Assembly (NCBI GenBank): GCA_035948415.1
Contig: DASZJD010000096.1
Coordinates: forward strand, 425 to 64,424
Source of the DNA: Acidimicrobiia bacterium
GTDB lineage: Bacteria; Actinomycetota; Acidimicrobiia; IMCC26256; PALSA-555
Length of the DNA: 64,000 nucleotides
Reading direction: 5' to 3'
Made by a program: the position numbers and the translations under genes. Within the stretch, counting starts at the first letter, position 1. Every line of letters begins with the position of its first letter. Of this stretch, positions 1 to 9,143 are shown in pieces. The notes beneath the pieces were generated by a model, which was given only the letters and a program-made list of their open reading frames with translations, was not told where the DNA came from and did not search any database.

Positions 1-407
1 TCGACGCCAGCCTGCGCTTCTACCGCGACGGGCTCGGGCTCGAGGTCCTCATGGACGAGCGTTTCGACGGCGACTGGCCCGCCCTCTTCAGTGCCCGCAC
101 GCGCGTGCTGCACTCGGTGTTTCTGGGCGAGCCCTCCGCACCGAACGCAGGGATCGTCGAGCTCGTCGAGTTCGACGGCGGCGTCGACGATCGATCCGAG
201 CCGGACCGGCCGGCCCGCGGCTTCTTCCTGCTGTCGTTCTTCGTCGACCTCGACGCCACGCTCAGCCGGCTCGCGCGTCTCGGCCTCGGCGGCCGCCCGC
301 GGCGCATCGAGCAGCCGGGCGGGCACGGGACGGTCGGCATGGCGACCGTCCACGACCCCGATCTGGTGCGGGTGGAGCTGATCGAGTCCGGCCCAACCCG
401 GATCTAG
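1..407 (+). CDS. VOC/glyoxalase-family protein (5' end outside window)
   Basis: The frame of tracked ORF 51..407 stays open back to nt 3 (DASLRFYRDGLGLEVLMDE...), so the gene begins upstream of the window. VOC-like pattern (..GIVELVEF.., ..ATVHDPDLVRVELIE). Confidence 0.6.
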   Translation, partial: DASLRFYRDGLGLEVLMDERFDGDWPALFSARTRVLHSVFLGEPSAPNAGIVELVEFDGGVDDRSEPDRPARGFFLLSFFVDLDATLSRLARLGLGGRPRRIEQPGGHGTVGMATVHDPDLVRVELIESGPTRI

Positions 408-418
408 CCTCGGCGGCC

Positions 419-1204
419 GTGCTCCACCCCGAGGTGTCGACCGACGACGCCCGCGCCATGCACCGCGTCGACGGCCGGGTCATCATCGTGACGGGCTCGG
501 GTCAGGGTGTCGGTCGGGGCATGGCCCATCACCTGGCGAAGGCCGGCGCGACGGTCGTAGTCGCCGACTACCAGCAGGAGAAGGGCCGACGAACCCGCGA
601 CGAGCTGACGGCGCTCGGTGCCCACGCGATCGACGTCGACGTCGACATCCGTGATGCCGCGTCCGTCGACGCCCTGGTGGCGCGGGTCGTCGCCGAGCTC
701 GGGCGGGTCGACGGCATCATCAACAACGCGCAGACCTTCCGCCCGAATGCCCCGATGGCCGAGGTCGACGCCGACGACGTCGACGTCTTCTACCGCTCCG
801 GGGTCCTCGGCACGCTTCGGGCGATGCAGGCGGTCTACCCCCACATGCGGGCCGCCGGCTGGGGCCGCATCGTGAACTTCGCGTCGTCGATGGGGCGCGT
901 GGGCGGCGAGGGCTTCGGTGCCTACAACGCGTCGAAGGAGGCCATCCGGGCCCTCACTCGGACGGCGGCCCGCGAGTGGGGTCGGGACGGCATCGTGGTG
1001 AACGCCATCGCCCCGGCCGCGGCCCCGCCCCGGGCCGTCGGCTCGCCGCACTACGAGGCGTTCATGGAGGCGTGCCCGATGGGCCGCAACGGGGACCCCG
1101 AGCTCGACATCGCGCCGGTGGCCTTGTTCCTCTGCTCGGACGCCTGCCGCTACCTGACCGGCCAGACCTTCATGGTCGACGGCGGCACCTACCTCTGGTC
1201 GTAG
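419..1204 (+). CDS. SDR-family oxidoreductase
   Basis: 261-aa ORF with Rossmann motif IIVTGSGQGVGRG and catalytic YNASK (Y-x3-K). Start is uncertain (GTG 419 or ATG 458). Confidence 0.85.
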   Translation: MLHPEVSTDDARAMHRVDGRVIIVTGSGQGVGRGMAHHLAKAGATVVVADYQQEKGRRTRDELTALGAHAIDVDVDIRDAASVDALVARVVAELGRVDGIINNAQTFRPNAPMAEVDADDVDVFYRSGVLGTLRAMQAVYPHMRAAGWGRIVNFASSMGRVGGEGFGAYNASKEAIRALTRTAAREWGRDGIVVNAIAPAAAPPRAVGSPHYEAFMEACPMGRNGDPELDIAPVALFLCSDACRYLTGQTFMVDGGTYLWS

Positions 1205-1788
1205 TGGCGACACCGGCACGAGGTCGCGACGCCGACTGGCGCAACCCGTGGCCGGTGCAGGGGGTGCGTCGTGGCGATCCCGAGCCGTCGCCGGGCGTGA
1301 CGACGCTCCACGTCGACGGTTTCGCGGTCGCGTTCGACGTCGAGCCGCTCGAGGCCGACCGCGACGAGTACCAGGACCACCTCAACAACACGGCCGTCGT
1401 CCGCATGTTCAACGAGCTGCGGATCGCATTCGTCGCGGCGCGGTTCGCTCCCCGCTGGCCCCGCTACGTCCGCCGCGAGGGCCTCACCGTGGTCGTGCGC
1501 GAGCTGCACGTGCTCTACGAGAGCGAGGGTTGGATGCAGGAGCGCTACGTCGGCGCCACCCGGGTCGCCCAGCGCCGGGACAAGGCCGCCGTCGTCGAGC
1601 AGCGCCTCGTCGAGGCCGTCACGGCCCGGCCCCTGGCCCGGGCGTGGGTGCTCCAGCTGCTCGTGGGAGCCGACGGGCGGGTGACGGGCTGGCCCGACTT
1701 CTTCTGGGACGTGGTGATGGACGTGCAAGGCGCGCCGGTGCACACCGTCCCGGACCCGACCCGCCCTCGCTGGGGGCCGCCGCCTTGA
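1204..1788 (+). CDS. hotdog-fold (4HBT-like) thioesterase family protein
   Basis: In-frame GTG at 1204 overlaps the SDR stop (TAGTG). The upstream part of tracked ORF 976..1788 overlaps the SDR out of frame and is discarded. Signature DEYQDHLNNTAVVRMFNELR resembles acyl-CoA thioesterase hotdog proteins. Confidence 0.5.
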   Translation: MATPARGRDADWRNPWPVQGVRRGDPEPSPGVTTLHVDGFAVAFDVEPLEADRDEYQDHLNNTAVVRMFNELRIAFVAARFAPRWPRYVRREGLTVVVRELHVLYESEGWMQERYVGATRVAQRRDKAAVVEQRLVEAVTARPLARAWVLQLLVGADGRVTGWPDFFWDVVMDVQGAPVHTVPDPTRPRWGPPP

Positions 1789-1824
1789 TCGACGAGACGC
1801 CGACGGGTTGAGCGGCGCGGGCGG

Positions 1825-2634
1825 TCAGGCCTCGAGCGTGTCGAGCAGGTCGCCGAGCCAGCTGATGGCGCGCCTCGACGCGTCGGCGTAACCCTCCTCG
1901 TCGATCCGCGGGCCGATGAGCTCGAGGTCGAACACGCCCCGGTAGCCGGCCGCGAGCAGCTGCCCGACGATCCGGTCGAGCGGGATGTCCCCGTCGCCGG
2001 GGACGAGCCGGTTCGGGGTCGACAGGGTGCCGATGGCGTAGTCGCTGACTTGGACGATCCTGAACTCGGCGACGCCGTCGCGGATCGTGGCGCCAAGGCC
2101 CCGCTCGGCCCAGCAGGCGTTCAGCTCGGCGCAAACGCCGATCCCCAGCCGGCGGGCCAGGTCCAGCGCGTCACGAAGGGTGTGCACGAAGCCGATGTCC
2201 ACCCGCAGCGAGTTCGTGTGCTCGAGACCGACGGGGATCTGCCGGGCGCGCGCGTCGTCGAGCAGCGGGCCGAGCGCGGCCGCCAGCGCCTCGGCGGCGT
2301 CCTCCCACGACAGCGACCCCGCGGGTCCGGTGGTGAGGATCAGGCACTCCGCCCGCACTGCCTCGGCGGCGTCGAGCGCGCGACGCACCCGGTCCCGCTG
2401 GCGACCCCATTGGGACCGGTCGCTGAGGACGAACGGGCCGACGCCGATCAGGTTGGTGACGCGCAGCCCGGCGTCCAGCAGCCGGCGTGCCCCGGCCTCG
2501 ATCCCGGCCACCTCGAGCTTCGCGAGCGAGGCGCCGACCGCCGTGATGCCGGCGGTCTCGTAGAAGGCGAGGTCGTCGTCAAGGCTCCACGAGAACGTGG
2601 AGATGGCGCTGAGCGAGACGCGCGGGTGCATCAC
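1825..2634 (-). CDS. sugar phosphate isomerase/epimerase (xylose-isomerase-like TIM barrel) family protein
   Basis: 269-aa ORF. General pattern of the AP-endonuclease-2/xylose-isomerase-like TIM barrel family (..GITAVG.., ..LILTTGP.., ..GLEHTN.., ..FDLELIG..). Confidence 0.65.
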   Translation of the reverse strand: MMHPRVSLSAISTFSWSLDDDLAFYETAGITAVGASLAKLEVAGIEAGARRLLDAGLRVTNLIGVGPFVLSDRSQWGRQRDRVRRALDAAEAVRAECLILTTGPAGSLSWEDAAEALAAALGPLLDDARARQIPVGLEHTNSLRVDIGFVHTLRDALDLARRLGIGVCAELNACWAERGLGATIRDGVAEFRIVQVSDYAIGTLSTPNRLVPGDGDIPLDRIVGQLLAAGYRGVFDLELIGPRIDEEGYADASRRAISWLGDLLDTLEA

Positions 2635-2731
2635 GCGGCGACGAGGCGGGCGATCGGGCCGCGCGCGGCGAGGTGAGACCGACGCTCGTGGTGCGCCCGC
2701 CCGTGTGGGCGCCCCGGGTCGGCGTGGGTGC

Positions 2732-3502
2732 TCATCCGAGCGAAGCCGCCCGGGCGATGCTGCTCCCGCCGTCGAGCTGGAGGTTGATCCCGGTCAGCAG
2801 CTCCGATTCTCGGCTGGCCAGGTAGACCGCGGCCCAGGCGACATCACGCGCCTCGCCGAGCCGGGTGAGGTGCATCGCCTCGAGCCGTCGCCGCCGCTCC
2901 GGCGCCAGCTGCGCGTCCCGACGCTCGTTGATCACGTAGCCGGGGCTGATCGTGTTGCACCGGATGCCCTGGCGTGCGTACTCGACGGCGAGCGACCGGG
3001 TCAGGGCGTTCAGGCCGCCCTTGCTGGCGGCGTAGGCGGCGAGCCCCGGGCTCGGCCGCTCGGCCTGCCGCGACGAGACGTTCACGATCGAGCCGTGGCC
3101 GGCGCCGACCAGGTGGGGGATCGCCGCCCGGCACAGCCACATCGGCGCGGTGAGGTTGACGCGCAGCGCGTACTCCCAGTACTTGGTGTCGAGGTCGCCG
3201 ACGCTCGCGTCGTGGCCGTCGGGGCTCGCCACCGCGTTGTTGACGAGCACCGTCAGGTGGTCCCAGCGCGCCGCGGCGGCGGTCACGAGGTGTCGGCACG
3301 CGTCCTCAGTGCCGAGGTCCGCGGCGACGAACACCGCCTCGCCGCCACCGCCCACGATCTCGTCGACGACCGCGCCGCCCCGGCCGGCGTCTCGGCCGTG
3401 GACGCAGACCCGTGCGCCCTGCCCCCCGAACTCGAGCGCGATCGCCTTCCCGATCCCGGCGGTGGAGCCGGTGACGAGGGCGGTCTCCCCAGCGAGGCGC
3501 AC
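2732..3502 (-). CDS. SDR-family oxidoreductase
   Basis: 256 aa; ALVTGSTAGIGKA Rossmann motif, NNAV, YAASKGG catalytic motif. Confidence 0.85.
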   Translation of the reverse strand: MRLAGETALVTGSTAGIGKAIALEFGGQGARVCVHGRDAGRGGAVVDEIVGGGGEAVFVAADLGTEDACRHLVTAAAARWDHLTVLVNNAVASPDGHDASVGDLDTKYWEYALRVNLTAPMWLCRAAIPHLVGAGHGSIVNVSSRQAERPSPGLAAYAASKGGLNALTRSLAVEYARQGIRCNTISPGYVINERRDAQLAPERRRRLEAMHLTRLGEARDVAWAAVYLASRESELLTGINLQLDGGSSIARAASLG

Positions 3503-3579
3503 GCGGGAACCCTAAGGGAGGGCCGCGGGAGGGCGCGGGGGACCGACGGCGGTCCGGTCGAGCACGGCACTATGGGTTC

Positions 3580-4461
3580 GTGCGCACGGTCAGCGACTCG
3601 AGGGCCCGGCGTGCGCTGTGGATCGCGCTCGGCGCCAACGCCGGGCTGCTCGCGGCGGAGCTCCTCGGCGGGTTCGCCTTCGCGTCCTTGGCCCTGCTGG
3701 CGGACGCCGCCCACCTCGCGACCGACGTAGTCGGGCTCGCGGTGGCGCTCGTGGCGCAGACCCTCGTGACGCGACCGGCGTCGGACCGCCGGACCTTCGG
3801 GCTCCGTCGGGCCGAGGCACTCGGAGCCCAGGCCAACGCGCTCCTGGTGCTCGGCGCGGCGGTCTGGATCGCGGTGGAGGCGGTCGGTCGCCTCGGCACG
3901 GGCCACGAGGTCGACGGGGCGGGCGTCGTCGCGGTGGCGGCGGTGGCGTTGGCGCTGAACGGCGTCAGCGCGGCCGTCCTCGCCGGGGTCGCGGGTCGGC
4001 GGCTCAACCTGCGCGCCGCGCTCGTGCACTTGCTCGCCGACGTGGGCAGCTCGTTCGCGGTCCTCATCGCCGGCGTCGGGGTCTTGGTCTTCGCCGCCGA
4101 CTGGCTGGACCCGGTGGCGTCACTGGCCATCGCGGCGCTCGTCGTCTGGTCGATCTGGGGGCTCCTGCGCGATACGACGAACGTGCTCCTCGAGGCGGCC
4201 CCGCGTGACTTGGTCGTCGGCGATGTCGAGCACGCTCTGGCTGCCGCGCCCGGCGTCGAGGCGGTGCACCACCTCCACGTGTGGGAAGTCGCGTCCGACT
4301 TGCCGGCGCTGTCGGCGCACGTGGTGCTGAGCGGCGCGCCGACCCTGCACGACGCCCAGGCGCGGGGCGACGAGCTGAAGACGATGCTTGCCGGTCGCTT
4401 CGGGATCGCGCACGCCACGCTCGAGCTCGAGTGTCACGAGTGCGACACTCCGGACCACTGA
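3580..4461 (+). CDS. cation diffusion facilitator (CzcD/ZitB-like) metal efflux transporter
   Basis: 293 aa with GTG start. Six hydrophobic helices carry the CDF metal-site motifs LLADAAHLATD and HLLADV. C-terminal cytoplasmic domain with a His/Cys-rich end (ECHECDTPDH). Confidence 0.85.
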   Translation: MRTVSDSRARRALWIALGANAGLLAAELLGGFAFASLALLADAAHLATDVVGLAVALVAQTLVTRPASDRRTFGLRRAEALGAQANALLVLGAAVWIAVEAVGRLGTGHEVDGAGVVAVAAVALALNGVSAAVLAGVAGRRLNLRAALVHLLADVGSSFAVLIAGVGVLVFAADWLDPVASLAIAALVVWSIWGLLRDTTNVLLEAAPRDLVVGDVEHALAAAPGVEAVHHLHVWEVASDLPALSAHVVLSGAPTLHDAQARGDELKTMLAGRFGIAHATLELECHECDTPDH

Positions 4462-4467
4462 CGGCTG

Positions 4468-5532
4468 TCAGGCCGAGGTGGCGCCGGCGCGTTGGGGCGC
4501 GCGCGCCGGTCGTCGCGTCCGCGCCGGCGCGGGTCGAAGCCGGAGCCCACCGACGACGGCGATCCCCGACCCGAGGCCGATGACGGCTGCGACCTCGAGT
4601 CGAGCCCAGGCGTGCGGCAGCGTCGTCGGGAGCTGGGACCGATAGAGCTCGGTGACGTCGGCCAGGCCGCCGGCGAGGGCGAGGAACAGGCCCGCGAGCA
4701 GCAGCAAGGGGGCCGCGGCGTGGACCCCCCGTCGGACGACCCACAACAGCGCGATCGAAGCCACGGCGACGCCGCCGACGGCGTACGCGCTGGCAGCCAG
4801 CTTCGTCGTCCCACCGACCGTGGTCCCGAACCACGAGCCCAACACGTGCGCGGCCTCGCCCGCGATCATCACGGCGAGGCTGGCCGCGACGGCAGGGCGC
4901 GCGGCGCGGCTATGGGCGGCGGCGACGACGACTCCGGCGAGGGCGAGGGCGAGGGCCAACCACCCCCACGGAGCGGGTCCCGGAATCCACTCGACGTCAC
5001 CGTGCACGGCTATTCGCGTTCCAGCGCTGACCAGGGTCACGGTCCAGCGCTGGACGAGGTGCCGCGACGCCCGATCTCGCTGCACCTGCGGCGGGTCGCC
5101 GCTCCCGAGCCAGTGCGCGCGGTGGTCGTGCCACCGCACGACGAGTCCGCCGCCGATCCGCCGCCACTGCGGCGGCGCGTGCGGGTCGGCCGAACGAGGC
5201 ACGGGCACGTTGCCCGTGCGGTTCCGGTTCAGGTACGCCGCGGGCGAGCGACCGTTCTCGAAGACGCCGCCCGGCCCGACACGCAGGTACGGCTCGTCGT
5301 CGTAACCGAGGACGGTGACGTCACGACCGGTGTGGTTGTCGAGCTCGAGCTTGTTGCCGAGGTCGCGGGCGCGGACCTGCAGGCCCGGGGTGCGAGGCAC
5401 CACGGCGAGCACGCGTGTCGCGAAGTTGCTGGGCTGGATACCCGCGACCCCGTGGGCGTCAGCGGGGTCGGCCGACACGACCACCGTCGCCATCCCGAGC
5501 ACCAGCGCGAGGAGCGCGTGGCGCAGCCGCAT
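4468..5532 (-). CDS. exported His-rich domain fused to a multi-pass membrane domain, function unknown
   Basis: ATG at 5532 overlaps the sigma-factor stop (TGATG). Signal peptide MRLRHALLALVLGMATVVVSADPADA is followed by HG..; WHDHRAHW motif (5110-5133); several hydrophobic helices in the C-terminal half. The first 96 codons of tracked ORF 4468..5820 run out of frame through the sigma gene and are rejected. Confidence 0.6.
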   Translation of the reverse strand: MRLRHALLALVLGMATVVVSADPADAHGVAGIQPSNFATRVLAVVPRTPGLQVRARDLGNKLELDNHTGRDVTVLGYDDEPYLRVGPGGVFENGRSPAAYLNRNRTGNVPVPRSADPHAPPQWRRIGGGLVVRWHDHRAHWLGSGDPPQVQRDRASRHLVQRWTVTLVSAGTRIAVHGDVEWIPGPAPWGWLALALALAGVVVAAAHSRAARPAVAASLAVMIAGEAAHVLGSWFGTTVGGTTKLAASAYAVGGVAVASIALLWVVRRGVHAAAPLLLLAGLFLALAGGLADVTELYRSQLPTTLPHAWARLEVAAVIGLGSGIAVVGGLRLRPAPARTRRPARAPQRAGATSA

Positions 5533-6095
5533 CAGCTCGCCGCGGCGTCGCGCAGCTGTGCGATCAGGTCGGCTCGGGCTCGGGCCACCCGGGACCGGAT
5601 CGTGCCCACGGGCACCGCGCAGGCCGCGGCGGCGTCGTCGTAGGAGAAGCCGAGCAGCTGCGTGAGCACGAACGCCTCCCGGCGGCTGCTCTCGAGCGTT
5701 GCGACCAGGGTGCGCAGCGCGTGGGCTGACGCCGGGTCGGGTGGCTCGGCGGTCGGGCCGTCGACGAGCCGGCCGGCGAGGCGGGTTCGCCGGCTCCTCC
5801 GCCGCATCGCGTCCACGCACGCGCGTCTGGCGATGGCGAGCAGCCAGGTGCGCGCCGACGCGTCGCGGCGGAACGCGGGGAGCGCCCGCCAGGCCCGGAC
5901 GTAGACGTCCTGGGTGACGTCGTCGGCCTCGTCGACGCCGACCTGATGAGCGACGAACCGCCAGACCGCGGGCTGGCTCGTCTCCACGAAGGATCGCAAG
6001 GCAGCGCGGTCGCCGTCGCGGGCGGCGAGGAGCAGAACCGTCAGCTCGTCCACCGCCACGACCCTACCGACGGGCCCCGCACGCAGCGACGTCAC
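5532..6095 (-). CDS. ECF-type RNA polymerase sigma factor
   Basis: 187 aa with GTG start. Region 2 (DDVTQDVYVRAWRALPAFR) and region 4 HTH (SYDDAAAACAVPVGTIRSRVARAR). Confidence 0.85.
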   Translation of the reverse strand: MTSLRAGPVGRVVAVDELTVLLLAARDGDRAALRSFVETSQPAVWRFVAHQVGVDEADDVTQDVYVRAWRALPAFRRDASARTWLLAIARRACVDAMRRRSRRTRLAGRLVDGPTAEPPDPASAHALRTLVATLESSRREAFVLTQLLGFSYDDAAAACAVPVGTIRSRVARARADLIAQLRDAAAS

Positions 6096-6114
6096 CCGCT
6101 CGTCGGCGGCGCGG

Positions 6115-6549
6115 TCACGCGCAGCGGCGACAGAGCCCGACGAGGTCGATGCGATGGGTCTGGGTCCGGAACCCGGTGGCCGCGTTGACCTGCTCGACGG
6201 CGCGGCGCATCGACTGCTCGAGTCGAGCGTTCGCCGGGACGTCCTCGATCATGCCGCACGACGAGCAGATGAGGTGATGGTGGTGTCCGACCAGGTCCTC
6301 AGCGAGCTCGAACCGAGCGAACTCGTCGTTGGTCACGATGCGATGGACCACCCCGGCCTGCTCGAGGATCACGAGGTTTCGGTACACGCTGCTCTGCGCC
6401 AGCCCCGGCCAGGTGTCGAGCACTTCGGGAATCGTGACGGGTCGTGGCGACGCGACGAGCACCTCCACGATCGCCTCGCGGTTCGGTGTGAGGCGCTGGT
6501 GCACCCGCCGAAGTCGCGAGCTCACCATCTCGCGAAGGTCGTCGGTCAC
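6115..6549 (-). CDS. Fur-family metal-responsive transcriptional regulator
   Basis: 144 aa. Winged-helix N-domain (..SVYRNLVILEQAGVV..), HHHHLICSSCG and LCRRC (two CxxC pairs). Lies 19 nt upstream of the sigma gene on the same strand. Confidence 0.85.
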   Translation of the reverse strand: MTDDLREMVSSRLRRVHQRLTPNREAIVEVLVASPRPVTIPEVLDTWPGLAQSSVYRNLVILEQAGVVHRIVTNDEFARFELAEDLVGHHHHLICSSCGMIEDVPANARLEQSMRRAVEQVNAATGFRTQTHRIDLVGLCRRCA

Positions 6550-6557
6550 GGCGCGGA

Positions 6558-7343
6558 GTGTACCGTCGACGTTCGATGAACCCGACGGAGTCGTTCACGC
6601 GTGTTGTGCGGCGACCGGAGACGGAGATCGCGCTCGACGAGGCGGCTCTGCTCATCGCGGCGCATGACCACGACCTCGACCTCGAAGGCGAGCTCTCGCG
6701 GCTGGACCGACTGGCGGACGCCGCAGGTGACGACGTCGAGCCGCTGGCTCGGTTCCTGTTCGTCGAGCAGGGCTTCGTCGGCAACGAGCTCGACTACGGC
6801 GACCCGCACAACTCGTACCTCGACTCGGTGCTCCGGCGACGGGTCGGCCTGCCGATCACCCTCAGCGTGCTGCTGCTCGAGATCGGTCGGCGTCGGGGCG
6901 TCGCGCTGCACGGGGTCGGCATGCCGGGCCACTTCCTCGTCGGCACCGACGACGGGCGCTTCGTCGATCCGTTTCACGGAGGCGCGCTCCTCGACGAGGC
7001 GGGATGCCGAGCGCAGTACGAGCGCCTGCGCCCGGGCGCGCCGTGGCATCCCTCGTACCTCGAGCCGGTCGGCCGCCGGGCGATCCTCGTCCGAATCCTG
7101 GCCAACCTCGTTCACACCCTCGTCGAGCGGTCGCCGGCAGACGCCGCGTGGGCCTTGCGCCTCCGGCTGGCCGTGCCCGGGGTGGCGCCCGGCGAACGAC
7201 GGGACGCGGCGGCGTTGCTCGGCACCCTCGGTCGCTTCCGGGAGGCGGCCTCCGCGCTCGACGAGCTCGCCGACGAGCTCGACGACGCGAGCGCGACAAG
7301 GGCCCGAGAGGACGCGGCCCGGCTGCGGGCCCGAGCCAACTGA
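6558..7343 (+). CDS. SirB1/transglutaminase-like (UPF0162) family protein
   Basis: Motif GFVGNELDYGDPHNSYLDSVLRRRVGLPITLSVLLLEIGRRRGV..GMPGHFLV is typical of the family. Start is GTG 6558 or ATG 6576. Confidence 0.6.
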   Translation: MYRRRSMNPTESFTRVVRRPETEIALDEAALLIAAHDHDLDLEGELSRLDRLADAAGDDVEPLARFLFVEQGFVGNELDYGDPHNSYLDSVLRRRVGLPITLSVLLLEIGRRRGVALHGVGMPGHFLVGTDDGRFVDPFHGGALLDEAGCRAQYERLRPGAPWHPSYLEPVGRRAILVRILANLVHTLVERSPADAAWALRLRLAVPGVAPGERRDAAALLGTLGRFREAASALDELADELDDASATRAREDAARLRARAN

Positions 7344-7368
7344 GCGGGCCGCCGCTACCGTGCCGCTG

Positions 7369-7983
7369 ATGAGCCCGGAGCTCCCGATGTTCCCGCTCGG
7401 GACCGTGCTCTTCCCGCACGCCGTGCTGCCCCTGCACGTCTTCGAGGCGCGCTACCGAACGATGACCGAGCGCTGCCTCGCCGACGACGCCACCTTCGGT
7501 GTGGTGCTGATCGAACGGGGCAGCGAGGTCGGCGGCAACGACCTCCGGTTCGACGTCGGGACCGTCGCCCGAATCGTGCAGGCGCACCGTCTCGACGACG
7601 GCCGCTGGGTGCTGATGACCGCCGGCGAGCACCGGCTGCGGGTGCAGCGGTGGCTCCCCGACGACCCCTATCCGCGCGCCGAGGTGACACCGCTGCCCGA
7701 TCGGGCCGCTGGCGGAGCGGCGCCCGACCTTCCGGCCGTCGCCCGCGACCTCCAGCGCGTGCTCGCACTGCGCGCCGAGCTGGGCGAGCCGGTGCCGACC
7801 GTCGAGGTCGCGCTCCCCGCCGATCCCGTGCGCGCGTCGTTCGAGGCCTGCGCCCTGGCCGGACTCGGCCCGCTCGACGCGCAGCGCCTCCTCGAGCTCG
7901 ACGACGCCACCACCAGGCTCGCTGAGCTCCGGTCCCTGCTCCTCGAGCAAGTCGCCGCCCTCGAGTTCCGGCTCAGCCGCTGA
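7369..7983 (+). CDS. LON N-terminal (substrate-binding) domain protein
   Basis: LPMFPLGTVLFPHAVLPLHVFEARYR signature. This is only the last ~205 codons of tracked ORF 6601..7983; the upstream part overlaps the previous gene out of frame. Alternative GTG start at 7360. Confidence 0.75.
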   Translation: MSPELPMFPLGTVLFPHAVLPLHVFEARYRTMTERCLADDATFGVVLIERGSEVGGNDLRFDVGTVARIVQAHRLDDGRWVLMTAGEHRLRVQRWLPDDPYPRAEVTPLPDRAAGGAAPDLPAVARDLQRVLALRAELGEPVPTVEVALPADPVRASFEACALAGLGPLDAQRLLELDDATTRLAELRSLLLEQVAALEFRLSR

Positions 7984-8140
7984 CCCGTTCGCCCTACGCT
8001 CGGGAGGTGCAAAGCAACGAGCCCGCCGAGCCCACCGACGACGACCGCGACTTCGCCGCGCTGGAGGAGGCCGAGCAGGAGCTCGCCGAGCTCGAACGGG
8101 AGTTGGGGCGCATCGACGGTGACGGCGAGCCTCCTGACGC

Positions 8141-8425
8141 GTGAGCGAGCCCCGCGGTGTCGTTCGGGTCCGGTTCTTCGCCGCTGCCCGCGAAGCCGCC
8201 GGCACCGCCGAGCTCGTGGTGGACCCGCAGCCACTGGGCGCCCTGCTCGACGCGCTTCGACACGACCTCGGCCGCGGCTTCTCGGGCGTGCTCGACACCG
8301 CACGCGTCTGGGTGAACGGCGATGACCCGAGCCGCGGCGACGACACGCCGCTGACCCCCGGCGACGAGGTCGCCGTCCTCCCTCCGGTGAGCGGCGGGTC
8401 CGTGTGCGCGAGGGCGCGCCGCTAG
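8141..8425 (+). CDS. MoaD/ThiS-family sulfur-carrier-like protein with C-terminal extension
   Basis: 94 aa with GTG start. Beta-grasp-like sequence ending in the canonical ..[13 protein letters not shown], followed by 8 extra residues (SVCARARR). Confidence 0.65.
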   Translation: MSEPRGVVRVRFFAAAREAAGTAELVVDPQPLGALLDALRHDLGRGFSGVLDTARVWVNGDDPSRGDDTPLTPGDEVAVLPPVSGGSVCARARR

Positions 8426-9042
8426 TCGCCGAGTGCCAAGTCGATCGTCCGCGCCTTGCCAAAGCGCGTCGACACGTCGAACCAGTCGACGAGGTGCCAG
8501 AACGCGTCGACCCACTCGCCCTTGCGGTTCTCGTACTGGAGGTAGAAGGCGTGCTCCCACATGTCGAGGACGAGCAGGGGCGGGCCACCCTGGCCCACGT
8601 TGCCCTGGTGGTCGTAGACCTGCTCGATGATCAGGCGCTTCCCGACCGGCTCCCATGACAGCGCCGCCCACCCCGAACCCTGCACGTTGTTCGCGGCCTC
8701 GGAGAACTGGGCCCGGAACTGGTCGAAGGACCCCAGGTGCTCGTCGATGGCGGCGGCGAGCTCTCCGGTGGGCTTGCCCCCGCCGTCGGGGCTCATGTTC
8801 TTCCAGAACAGCGAGTGCAGGATGTGTCCGGACAGGTGGAAGGCCAGGTTCTTCTCGAGCTGGTTGATCGATCCGAAGTCGCCGGTCGCGCGCGCCTCCT
8901 GAAGCCGTTCCAGCACCTTGTTCGCCCCGTCGACGTAGGCCTTGTGATGCTTGTCGTGGTGCAGCTCCAAGATGCGTCCCGCCAGGTGCGGCTCGAGCGC
9001 CTTGTAGTCGTACGGGAGTTCAGGCAGGGTGTAGAAGACCAT
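8422..9042 (-). CDS. sodA: Fe/Mn superoxide dismutase
   Basis: 206 aa; [18 protein letters not shown] and [11 protein letters not shown] metal-ligand motifs. Confidence 0.95.
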   Translation of the reverse strand: MVFYTLPELPYDYKALEPHLAGRILELHHDKHHKAYVDGANKVLERLQEARATGDFGSINQLEKNLAFHLSGHILHSLFWKNMSPDGGGKPTGELAAAIDEHLGSFDQFRAQFSEAANNVQGSGWAALSWEPVGKRLIIEQVYDHQGNVGQGGPPLLVLDMWEHAFYLQYENRKGEWVDAFWHLVDWFDVSTRFGKARTIDLALGD

Positions 9043-9143
9043 GTCGGCTCCTTTCGATGAGGTCGACGGTAGCGGGACCGAGCCGTCGAGCGGCCAGCGG
9101 GGACCGCGCCAGGCGAAGCGCTGCAGGCGGTACCCTCGCCGCG

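Noticed and set aside
4468-5532. Classical anti-sigma factor role for the gene downstream of the ECF sigma factor
   Set aside because: The N-terminus is a cleavable-looking signal peptide rather than a cytoplasmic anti-sigma (zinc-finger/ASD) domain. I report it only as a co-transcribed exported membrane protein.
7984-8140. Molybdenum-cofactor riboswitch upstream of the MoaD-like gene
   Set aside because: The interval shows clean triplet periodicity with GC-rich third positions and encodes an acidic helical peptide. No riboswitch-like conserved structure was recognised.
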